IMG/VR virus record: IMGVR_UViG_3300020442_000005
Coordinates: 62,001 to 126,000 of that record
DNA: 64,000 nucleotides
Reading direction: 5' to 3' (one strand)
Below are positions 9,334 through 17,994 of the stretch, one piece after another. A program made the position numbers and the translations under genes. Position 1 is the first letter of the stretch. Each line of letters begins with the position of its first letter. The notes under the pieces were generated by a model. The model had not been told where the DNA came from. It did not search any database and saw only the letters and a list, made by a program, of their open reading frames with translations.

Positions 9334-10494
9334 ATGGCAAAAATACATATCAGAGGACCATTACTTACACAATCTGGCTATGGTGTTCATTCCAGACAGA
9401 TATTCAGATGGGCACTCAGTAGAGGCCACGATATTACTGTTGAAGTTACCCCATGGGGTATAACGCCATGGTATATTTCTGGCACCGAATGCAATGGCCT
9501 AATTGGCGAAATTATGGCACGCACAAAACCTATTGAAACCAAGCCAGACGTCTCAATTCAGATTCAATTACCAAACGAATGGACGCCAGGGATTGGTAAA
9601 AAAAATATTGGAGTAACGGCTGGAGTTGAAACAGATATTTGTTCTCAGTCATGGGTCCAGGCGTGCATGAAGATGGATAAAGTTATATTTCCATCTCGGT
9701 TTGCAATGGCTACTTTTATAAATTCTGGTTGTTCTCCAAAAAAACTATGCGTTGTTTCTGAAAGTTTCTATGACTCATGTCTTGAAGATGTTGGTGAAGA
9801 CGCTGTGAAGCTTGATAATATTGTTACCAGTAAGAATTTTCTAATGTTTGGTCAAATCACTGGTGCTGATTCTCAGCTCGACAGAAAAAACACGTTTGAC
9901 ACCATAAAATGGTTTGTTCAAAAATATCACGATAAACCATATGGCTTAATCATAAAAACAAATCATGGTACTAACTGTAAACTTGATAAAAATATTACAA
10001 AAGCAAAGCTATCTAGTCTAATAAAAGAAATCAGACCAGAAGATTCAAAACTTAAAGTATACTTACTTCATGGGTCCATGTCAGAAAACGAGGTCGCAGG
10101 CTTATATAAATCAAGTAAGCTAACAGCACTAATTTCTGCTACCCGTGGGGAGGGATTTGGTTTGCCATTGCTTGAAGCAGCTGCATGCGGTTTACCGGTC
10201 GTCGCAACTAATTGGTCCGGACACAAAGACTTTTTAGATCTTGGAAAATGGTTTAAGGTTAAAAAGTCTCTTGTAAATGTACATCCGCACAAAATCGATG
10301 GCAATATATTTGTGCCGGGCGCAAGATGGGCTCAGCCGGATGCAAAAGACTTTGTAAAGCAAATTGATCTATTGTTAAAAGACGAGAAAAAGGCTAGATC
10401 AAACGCAAGAGAATTACAAGAAAAAATTGCAACAGAATTCTGCTTTTCAAAATTAGCAGAAGACTATGATCAAGAAATCGGGGCAACAATATGA
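9334..10494 (+). CDS. GT-B (family 4-like) glycosyltransferase
   Basis: SGYGVHSR, DRKN, TRGEGFGLPLLEAAACGLPVVATNWSGHKDF. ATG at 9334 after GAGG (track start 9274). Confidence 0.9.
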   Translation: MAKIHIRGPLLTQSGYGVHSRQIFRWALSRGHDITVEVTPWGITPWYISGTECNGLIGEIMARTKPIETKPDVSIQIQLPNEWTPGIGKKNIGVTAGVETDICSQSWVQACMKMDKVIFPSRFAMATFINSGCSPKKLCVVSESFYDSCLEDVGEDAVKLDNIVTSKNFLMFGQITGADSQLDRKNTFDTIKWFVQKYHDKPYGLIIKTNHGTNCKLDKNITKAKLSSLIKEIRPEDSKLKVYLLHGSMSENEVAGLYKSSKLTALISATRGEGFGLPLLEAAACGLPVVATNWSGHKDFLDLGKWFKVKKSLVNVHPHKIDGNIFVPGARWAQPDAKDFVKQIDLLLKDEKKARSNARELQEKIATEFCFSKLAEDYDQEIGATI

Positions 10495-10808
10495 TGGAAT
10501 ATATTCCATGGGTTATCTGCGCTTTATTGACGGTACTTTTGTCTGTTTCTGTTTATTATAATTTAAAGTTTGCCAAAATTATTTTAAAAATGGAGGATGA
10601 AATAGGTACCTGTCTAGACATAATCGATGAAAAATACCGTTCATTGTCACAGGTACTAGAAATTCCAATTTTTTTTGACTCACCACAAGTAAGAAAAGTT
10701 ATTGACGATATCAAGGCTGCACGAGGTTCGTTGCTAAATATAGCTAATAAGTTGACAAGTATAGATCAGGAGGTAATCGCTGATGCCAAAAGTGAAGAAA
10801 GTAATTAA
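10491..10808 (+). CDS. Hypothetical membrane-anchored protein
   Basis: Hydrophobic N-terminal helix (IPWVICALLTVLLSVSVYY) followed by a helical segment. Confidence 0.6.
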   Translation: MMEYIPWVICALLTVLLSVSVYYNLKFAKIILKMEDEIGTCLDIIDEKYRSLSQVLEIPIFFDSPQVRKVIDDIKAARGSLLNIANKLTSIDQEVIADAKSEESN

Positions 10809-11523
10809 AAGAAAAATTAAAAGGCCACCTTCTGGTAAAAAACCGTACTTTACAAAAGATACCCAACAAGCAATAAAAGAGTACGTACAAAGCGACGACC
10901 AATCGTTTCGTGAGCAAGTATATACAAAAGATATCCGACCAGCTCTAGAAAAGCTTTCAGAAAACCTGATTTTTGTTTATGGCTTTCATAAGCAGCATCC
11001 AGATATCGATACCTTGAAACACAATTGCGTGATCAACCTATATGAAAATTTACATAAATTTGATCATGATAGAAATAAAAACGCATTCTCGTATTTTAAC
11101 GTTGTTGCAAAAAACTGGTTGATAATACAAAGTAGAAAAAGAAAGAAGCGTACAGACAGATTGGTGTATATAGAGGATGACTCGTTGTCAATAGCTGATC
11201 GATACGCAATTGAAGAGTATAGCATTTGTCCATCCCCGGAAAAATCCATGGTTATTGAAGAAAATATTCATGACATGAAAAGCCTTCTTTTGGAAATTAA
11301 AAACAAAGCAAAAAACGATCAGGAAAAACGATGTATTGATGCAATAATACAAATTTATGATAATGTTGATCAACTTGACTATTTAAATAAAAGGGCACTA
11401 TTTGTTTATATAAGAGAACTTTCTGGATTGACCTCAAAGCAGCTGTCTGTTTGTATGTCGAATCTTAGAAAAATCTATAGAAATCTAGCCGGTCCTGATA
11501 AGAAATACGATATTTTTATGTGA
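10783..11523 (+). CDS. Phage late-transcription sigma factor (T4 gp55-like)
   Basis: KPYFT...AIKEY, and KFDHDRNKNAFSYFNVVAKN resembling the gp55/sigma region-2 FD...N.F.YF motif. Lies directly before the structural module. Confidence 0.7.
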   Translation: MPKVKKVIKRKIKRPPSGKKPYFTKDTQQAIKEYVQSDDQSFREQVYTKDIRPALEKLSENLIFVYGFHKQHPDIDTLKHNCVINLYENLHKFDHDRNKNAFSYFNVVAKNWLIIQSRKRKKRTDRLVYIEDDSLSIADRYAIEEYSICPSPEKSMVIEENIHDMKSLLLEIKNKAKNDQEKRCIDAIIQIYDNVDQLDYLNKRALFVYIRELSGLTSKQLSVCMSNLRKIYRNLAGPDKKYDIFM

Positions 11524-11528
11524 GGTGC

Positions 11529-11888
11529 ATGATGGCAAAAAAAGATCCATTGAGTTATGAAGACGTACAGAAAAAAGTTCAAGACTTTGATGAATTAATA
11601 AACAGTATTGAAAACATTGAATCAAAAAAGAAGCAATTGTGGAAGGAAATATATGAGAATGCGTTTGTAGACCGCATGAACGCGTATATGCTTTTTACAG
11701 ATTGCTTTACAGGCCTTTCTGGATCTACCGCTGACCACGTTCAGGTTGGTGGACAGCTAGCAAAATATATCGAGAGAATGAATAAGGCAAATGATCAGCT
11801 TATTAAACTAGCAGAAATGATATCAAAGGAAGAAGAGCGCGCAAACTCGGTTTCATCCGATGACTTGTTTAACGAAATAGGCGGATAA
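11529..11888 (+). CDS. Hypothetical helical protein
   Basis: GAGGTG SD, coupled to both neighbours. No catalytic motif recognised. Confidence 0.6.
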   Translation: MMAKKDPLSYEDVQKKVQDFDELINSIENIESKKKQLWKEIYENAFVDRMNAYMLFTDCFTGLSGSTADHVQVGGQLAKYIERMNKANDQLIKLAEMISKEEERANSVSSDDLFNEIGG

Positions 11889-11889
11889 C

Positions 11890-13488
11890 ATGGGCATAAG
11901 AGATCCAAATAGTGGCTTTCTTGGCGGTTTGCTTGGGCGCGGCAATGCGCCTTTCTTTGAAATATATGTGCAAGAAGTGCTAACAGATCCAAGTAGATAT
12001 GAGTTTGCCGGCGAAGACGAAGAAAAGCCAGAGAGTAATCTTCTGTTTGGCAACTCCATCCCGCAAGCCGCAATAACAGACGCGCCATATAACTCGATTA
12101 TTGGTCGGGTTGTTAGAGGTCACGACGTCCGAGAAGAAGTTATTGCTTATCCGATGATGCAAGGTCACATGATGCTACCGGTTAAAGCCGGCGAACATGT
12201 TTGGGGAATGATTAACAACGGTCGTTATTATTGGCTTTGTCGCAAAAATTTTGATAGCCAAGTCGATGACGTTAATCTTGCTTGGGGCGGAAGATTTAAA
12301 TCTGCAACAAACGCAAAAAGAACATCTGAGTCTGCCAACGCTGCAGAGGGCGGCGAGGATGCTAGTACACTGCCATCAAACCAGCACCCAAGAATCAACG
12401 CTGTCTTTCCTCCCGTGGCCGAAGACCCGGGTGAGATCGATATGCAAACGTACTGGGCGGAAAGATCAAAAGGGATATACGAGGCAGTTCCAAGATATAA
12501 AAAAAGACCTGGAGATCTGGTCCTTCAAGGTTCCAACAATACGTTGATTTGCCTAGGGACGGGCGGAGGACATACTAAAGAAGCCGAGTTAACTCTTGAA
12601 ACTACATCAATAAGCGAACTTGAGGTGACTGAAGACAGTCTCGGATCCGGAACAATTGATCTAGTTACAGGCCGCGGCCGATATGCTCCGGCAAAGGCTA
12701 CCACTGATGCATCCTCGTTAGGTGATACTCCAGAACGTACGTCAGCTGCCACGATTGTGTCGGAGTTTGGCTATACTGAGGTCGATAAAAACCCAGAAAT
12801 TAACGACATTACAGAAAAAAACCTTATTGAAGGTGATCCAGATTTTGGTTTTGATGCAAGTAGAATATACATAAGCTCAAAAAGTGATATTGATTCAGAT
12901 TTTACGCTGATACCAAATTATCCGCCGATTCCTGCGGTGCAAACCGAGGGTGATGTTGGAGTTGTACCAGAAACTTCGAACGGTAGCGCCATTGCACTTA
13001 AGTCTGACAATATAAGACTAATAGCTAGACAACATATTGCAAGTGATTTTTTCGAAACTACAACAGCTGAGGATGTGCAGGGTTCTATACGTATTGTGAA
13101 GGAAGGAATACGTGATAGCGACGGACATTCTTCCACCAATGATGACGGCGCAAGTTTAATCGCTCTAGAAAGCGATGGTACGGTTATGATTGATGGTGCA
13201 ATGATAGTTATTGGCACTGGCCGAGAAGAAAGTAATGGAGCCGGAGATCAAGTATACATCGGTGCCGGTGCTACAGAACCGCTGGTGTTGGGTAATCAAA
13301 TGAAGCAATTGCTGTCAGACTTTTTTACAGAGTTAAGTTCTTGGCTTTCTACAAAGTTTGATACCCATATTCACCCAACCGGCACTGGTCCATCAGGTCC
13401 TCCAACCGTTACCGGGAATGACGCCGGAACTGGCGCTGCAAAGGATGCTTTGGATAGCACCTTATCAAAAGTAGGGAAGACAAAATAA
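11890..13488 (+). CDS. Baseplate central spike/hub protein (gp5/gpV/gp138-like)
   Basis: N-terminal OB-like segment (YPM...LPVKAGEHVW), PGDLVLQGSNN, beta-repeat region, and C-terminal FDTHIHPTGTGPSGPP (HxH metal-binding apex). Confidence 0.7.
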   Translation: MGIRDPNSGFLGGLLGRGNAPFFEIYVQEVLTDPSRYEFAGEDEEKPESNLLFGNSIPQAAITDAPYNSIIGRVVRGHDVREEVIAYPMMQGHMMLPVKAGEHVWGMINNGRYYWLCRKNFDSQVDDVNLAWGGRFKSATNAKRTSESANAAEGGEDASTLPSNQHPRINAVFPPVAEDPGEIDMQTYWAERSKGIYEAVPRYKKRPGDLVLQGSNNTLICLGTGGGHTKEAELTLETTSISELEVTEDSLGSGTIDLVTGRGRYAPAKATTDASSLGDTPERTSAATIVSEFGYTEVDKNPEINDITEKNLIEGDPDFGFDASRIYISSKSDIDSDFTLIPNYPPIPAVQTEGDVGVVPETSNGSAIALKSDNIRLIARQHIASDFFETTTAEDVQGSIRIVKEGIRDSDGHSSTNDDGASLIALESDGTVMIDGAMIVIGTGREESNGAGDQVYIGAGATEPLVLGNQMKQLLSDFFTELSSWLSTKFDTHIHPTGTGPSGPPTVTGNDAGTGAAKDALDSTLSKVGKTK

Positions 13489-14052
13489 ATGGCACTAAGT
13501 TTATCTGAGCTAGAAAGCGATCTGTTAGATGGTTTTAACGCAGGTCTTGATGGCGCTTCGGTTAGAGAGGCCGCGCAGTATTTTGCTTTTGCAATCATTG
13601 CATATGCGTCTTCTGCCGAAGTTGTTATCGCTCCCGGGCCCATCCTTATCCCTGGAGCTCCACCAGTACCATCCTCAGCTAACGGACAGAAAGTAAGCGT
13701 GCAAACGTATGAGACGGGAAAAAACCTGCTTTGGGACGCGATAGAGGCAAACTTCGAAGCGCAGGATAAGACGATGGCCATTGCCGCGGCTGGTATTATT
13801 GCATATGTCTCCGGAGCCTTTACATTGTTTTCTGGCGGCGGAAATACAGTCGCAGGCGCTGCCGTGATGCCACCACCTCTAATACAAGCTCTATCCGGAG
13901 CAATTCCGCCAGGTTTGGCCGGTGGGACAACAGAGGAACAAGCCGCATTGTTTGCAAAAATTATACATGCTGCTTTTAAATCGACTGTTTTTACCGGTGT
14001 CTGTACAGCGGCTGATGGTGGTGTAGGACCAGTTGTTGGCACTTTAATTTAG
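13489..14052 (+). CDS. Putative baseplate/spike-associated structural protein
   Basis: Ala/Gly/Pro-rich, with three A..F/IA..II.Y/A helical repeats. Abuts the spike gene. Confidence 0.5.
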   Translation: MALSLSELESDLLDGFNAGLDGASVREAAQYFAFAIIAYASSAEVVIAPGPILIPGAPPVPSSANGQKVSVQTYETGKNLLWDAIEANFEAQDKTMAIAAAGIIAYVSGAFTLFSGGGNTVAGAAVMPPPLIQALSGAIPPGLAGGTTEEQAALFAKIIHAAFKSTVFTGVCTAADGGVGPVVGTLI

Positions 14053-14087
14053 AGAACATAAAATTACACTAAAATATAAAAGGTTGC

Positions 14088-14095
14088 ATAATTAT
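14088..14095 (+). promoter_or_regulatory. Candidate late promoter ATAATTAT
   Basis: Copy of the recurrent ATAHTTAW motif, 16 nt before the ATG, with GAGGAG SD in between. Confidence 0.55.
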
Positions 14096-14111
14096 TGCGA
14101 GGAGACATAAT

Positions 14112-14648
14112 ATGACCGCAAAAAATTATTCAACTAATAAATCAAGCACGACAAGCTTTAAGTCAGCCGGGCAATTAATTGCCGATTACAACGATAGAGT
14201 TGAAAATAAGATTGTTGTCGAGCGAAAACCTATAGGAATTAAAACTCCTCTCCAGTTAAAAAAGGGCAATCTATTTGATATGACCTATAATCTATCAGAT
14301 CAAATAACTGATAATCTTCGCAATTTAATTATGACAAACAAAGGCGAGAGATTAGGAAACCCGAATTTTGGCACTGACTTAAGAAAAACGCAGTACAACA
14401 CTGCAAACAAAGAGGATGCCGAAATTGAAATGATGGCAAAAATTCAAAACGCTGTTAAAATATTTTTGCCATTTGTTGAATTGGTGGATTTCACAACTAC
14501 TGAACTTCCACCATCGATGGTTACATCTACAGCAGATCTGCATTCTGGATTTGCCGGTGGAGCATTATCGGTAAAAATAACTTATACAGTGCCGCAAATA
14601 TCAAACGTTGAAAAAGGCTTGACAGTATTATTGCCTATGGGAGTTTAA
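14112..14648 (+). CDS. Baseplate wedge subunit, gp25/gpW-like
   Basis: DQITDNLRNLIMTNKGERLGNPNFGTDLR is the gp25 signature. Confidence 0.88.
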   Translation: MTAKNYSTNKSSTTSFKSAGQLIADYNDRVENKIVVERKPIGIKTPLQLKKGNLFDMTYNLSDQITDNLRNLIMTNKGERLGNPNFGTDLRKTQYNTANKEDAEIEMMAKIQNAVKIFLPFVELVDFTTTELPPSMVTSTADLHSGFAGGALSVKITYTVPQISNVEKGLTVLLPMGV

Positions 14649-14649
14649 A

Positions 14650-16464
14650 ATGCCAGAAAATAAAGATCGTAAATACTTAGCAAAAGATTTTGTCGGTTTA
14701 AGAAACGAACTGTTAAATCATGCAAAAATATATTTTCCAAATAATATACAGGATTTTTCCGAAGCATCTCTTGGCGGTTTACTTTTAGAAATGGCTGCAT
14801 ATGTCGGTGATAATATGTCATATTATCTAGATCATCAGTTCAATGAGCTAAATTATGAAACAGCAGTCGAGGCTGAAAATATAGAAAATCATCTTAGAAA
14901 TGCTGGCGTTAAAATAATCGGTGCTAGTCCGGCTACAATGGTCGTAAAATTCTACATTGAAGTACCATCAGAATTAATTAACGGAGACTACGGACCACAG
15001 CCAAAAAGTTTGCCAATAATCAAAAAAGGAACTACTGTTGCAACGGAGACAGGGATTAATTTTGAGCTTAGTCATGACATTGATTTTGCCGCCAAAGATG
15101 AATTTGGTGAATATGTTGCAACTATAGTATCTTCAAACAGACGCGGCGGTATCCCAGAATCATTTTTCATGTATTCTCCTGGGCTATGTACCTCTGGGCA
15201 AACAACAACAGAAACGTTTGCAATCCCAAACACAGATAAGCCTTTTCGTACAATTTCACTTCAGAATTCTTCAATTTCATCGATAGATAGAGTTTATGAT
15301 ACTGCCGGCAACGATTATTATGAAGTCGAAAGCTTGAGCCAAGATACTGTATTTAAAGCGGTAAATAACGATAACTTTGCCAACGACGGTGTTTTTTATA
15401 ACATGCAGGTTATATCTGCATCAAGACGTTTCATAACTGAAACTTCTTTACTTACAAGATCTACTAGTATAAAATTTGGATCTGGTTCTCCGTCATCGCT
15501 CGATACCGACATTATTCCAGATCCATCAGAATTAGCGTTACCTCTTTTTGGCCGGCGCAATGTTAAGAAATTTAGCATAGACCCAAACAGTATATTACAG
15601 TCAAAAACGCTTGGTGTTTATCCCAAGAATACAACAATCTTTGTTTCGTATAGATACGGAGGCGGATCGTCACATAACGTTCCAGCAAACAGTGCGAACG
15701 GAGTTTCCTCGCTGTCGATTGAATTTGATCCAAGCATCAGTGGAGCCGCAAGGACTCGGGTAATAAACAGCATCGACGTTGTTAACGACGAAGCCGCTTC
15801 TGGTGGTTCTGATTCTCCTGGAATCGAAGAGCTTAGGGCTTTAATTCCAGCATCGCGTAACATGCAAAACCGGATCGTTACAAAGCAAGATCTGTTGGCA
15901 CGTCTATTTACTTTACCAGCTGAGTTTGGTCGAATATTTAGAGCAAGTATTATTGCTAACCCGAACAACCCACTTGCTAGCATGCTACACGTAATATCAC
16001 GAAATAAAGAAGGAAAACTTACACAGGCTCCAGATGCCCTTAAGCAAAACATTTCTACTTACTTGAATGAGTTTAGACTGATTTCTAACGCAATCGATAT
16101 ACTGGATGCAGAAATAATTAATTTTAAGGTTACTGTTAACGTGGTAGTTACGGCCGGGACAAATCCCACAGATGTTGCTAATTCGATAATAATTAATTTA
16201 AAAGAACATTTCAATATAAACAATTTTCAACTTGGCCAAAATCTTAACGAAGCAAAAGTCATAAGTGTTATTTTAAACACTCCAGGAGTACAAGCTATGG
16301 ACAGCTTGTTATTCGGTAACATATCAGGAAACATAAATGATAGAAATTATTCTGGATACACTTATAGCTTTAGCAACAATAGAATTAATGGTAGTTACGC
16401 CATCCCAGCAAACGCTATTTTCGAGCTACGCTATCCTGAACAAGATATAACGGTGAACGTATAA
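14650..16464 (+). CDS. Baseplate wedge subunit, T4 gp6/gpJ-like
   Basis: YLAKDF..LRNELL, DFSEASLGGLLLEMAAYVGD..SYYLD, IKFGSG, SGGSD..GIEELR, QNRIVTKQD. Confidence 0.88.
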   Translation: MPENKDRKYLAKDFVGLRNELLNHAKIYFPNNIQDFSEASLGGLLLEMAAYVGDNMSYYLDHQFNELNYETAVEAENIENHLRNAGVKIIGASPATMVVKFYIEVPSELINGDYGPQPKSLPIIKKGTTVATETGINFELSHDIDFAAKDEFGEYVATIVSSNRRGGIPESFFMYSPGLCTSGQTTTETFAIPNTDKPFRTISLQNSSISSIDRVYDTAGNDYYEVESLSQDTVFKAVNNDNFANDGVFYNMQVISASRRFITETSLLTRSTSIKFGSGSPSSLDTDIIPDPSELALPLFGRRNVKKFSIDPNSILQSKTLGVYPKNTTIFVSYRYGGGSSHNVPANSANGVSSLSIEFDPSISGAARTRVINSIDVVNDEAASGGSDSPGIEELRALIPASRNMQNRIVTKQDLLARLFTLPAEFGRIFRASIIANPNNPLASMLHVISRNKEGKLTQAPDALKQNISTYLNEFRLISNAIDILDAEIINFKVTVNVVVTAGTNPTDVANSIIINLKEHFNINNFQLGQNLNEAKVISVILNTPGVQAMDSLLFGNISGNINDRNYSGYTYSFSNNRINGSYAIPANAIFELRYPEQDITVNV

Positions 16465-17993
16465 TGCATTTATTATTTACAGCTTCTGCAGACAATTATA
16501 TTACTAACAAAATCATTAGCACGACTTTGTCAGCCTCTGATGCAAACGTTGGTCAAGCTTCAACTCTAGATTTGTTTAAAATATACGATGAAACAACTTT
16601 TACTGGATTTACTGGATCATACAGTGCGCCAACAGAAATTTCAAGACTGCTGATAAAATTTGATCTAAACGAAATATCATCGTCTATCTCTTCCTATGCG
16701 GAGCTAGATGGCTTTAAAGCATATTTAAACCTAAAGGACATAAACGGATCGCAAATTGCACCAAACAAATTTAACGTCGCTGTATACCCTTTGTCAAATT
16801 CTTGGGATGAGGGACGAGGGTCTGATATATATGCATTTAATGATCTAGATCAATCAAATTGGGCCACCGCAAGTTATTCCAATGGTGGATACAACCTTTG
16901 GAACTCTCAGGGCGCCACATCACTGGGTTATCTAAACAGTGAAGACATCGATATAATAGGATCCGGGTCGATTGCTGGAACTGAAAAAGCCTTGTTCTCA
17001 ACTCAATATTTTGCCAACGGTCATGAGGATTTATTTGTCGATGTGACAACTGCTGTATCAGCAACCATGGCTGGTTTCATGAATGATTTCGGGTTTTTGG
17101 TTGCTTTTTCAGGCTCAGAAGAGACTGATTCGAAGACAAGATTTGTAAAAAGGTTTGCATCCCGACATGCTAGAAACGAATATTTAAGACCTTCGATGGT
17201 CATTAGATTTGAAGACAACATAAACGATCAAAGAAACAGTATGTTTTTCAACACCTCGGGATCTTTATTTGTCGAAAATAAGGTTCGTGGTGTCGGTGCT
17301 TACTTTATCTCCGGGTCTAACGAAGAACAACTCAGTGCCCCGGACAGTATGGTTGCAGTAATTCATAGTGCATCTTTCGCGATAACGGCATCGGCCGGAC
17401 CCTATAAGTCTGCTGGAAAAGTAAACCAGGGAGTATATTCAGCTTCGTTTGCAATTGATAGATTTAGCACTGCAAGCCTAGCGAGTAACGCATCTCTCTA
17501 TGAACACGTTGTTGCATCCGGCTCTTTGGTTATGTTCGAAAGATGGATGGACTCTGACGAAAGGGTCACGTATTATACCGGATCGTTCACGATCAAGTCG
17601 CCAGAAAGTTCTTCATCTGAATCACGTCCAAATTATGTCGTAACAATAAAAAATCTTGCAAACGCATACAAGAAAAACGAAGTGCATAGACTAGACTTAC
17701 ATGTACGTGATAGCAACAAGATATATAAACCAGTAAGAAGATCACTTGGATTAATCTCATTGCGTTTTGATGAGGCTTATTATCAAATCAGGGACACAAG
17801 AACAAACGATATAATTGTGCCGTTTACTAAGTCAAACAACGCAACTAGAATATCATCAGACGCCACCGGAATGTATTTCAATTTATCTACAAAAAACTGG
17901 CCCAAGGGTCGAAGCTACACAATTGATGTAATGGTCGTAGAAAATCAAAAAGACCGAATATATGAGACAGGCCAAACTTTCAAGGTAGTGTAA
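16464..17993 (+). CDS. Putative baseplate structural protein
   Basis: Sits within the wedge operon. Beta-rich, with SRLLIKFDL and WDEGRG motifs and many [ST][GA]S tripeptides. Confidence 0.6.
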   Translation: MHLLFTASADNYITNKIISTTLSASDANVGQASTLDLFKIYDETTFTGFTGSYSAPTEISRLLIKFDLNEISSSISSYAELDGFKAYLNLKDINGSQIAPNKFNVAVYPLSNSWDEGRGSDIYAFNDLDQSNWATASYSNGGYNLWNSQGATSLGYLNSEDIDIIGSGSIAGTEKALFSTQYFANGHEDLFVDVTTAVSATMAGFMNDFGFLVAFSGSEETDSKTRFVKRFASRHARNEYLRPSMVIRFEDNINDQRNSMFFNTSGSLFVENKVRGVGAYFISGSNEEQLSAPDSMVAVIHSASFAITASAGPYKSAGKVNQGVYSASFAIDRFSTASLASNASLYEHVVASGSLVMFERWMDSDERVTYYTGSFTIKSPESSSSESRPNYVVTIKNLANAYKKNEVHRLDLHVRDSNKIYKPVRRSLGLISLRFDEAYYQIRDTRTNDIIVPFTKSNNATRISSDATGMYFNLSTKNWPKGRSYTIDVMVVENQKDRIYETGQTFKVV

Positions 17994-17994
17994 C

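Noticed and set aside
1-10494. Bacterial O-antigen/capsule locus
   Set aside because: It is contiguous and co-oriented with phage sigma, baseplate, terminase and portal genes. No flippase, polymerase or housekeeping genes are seen.
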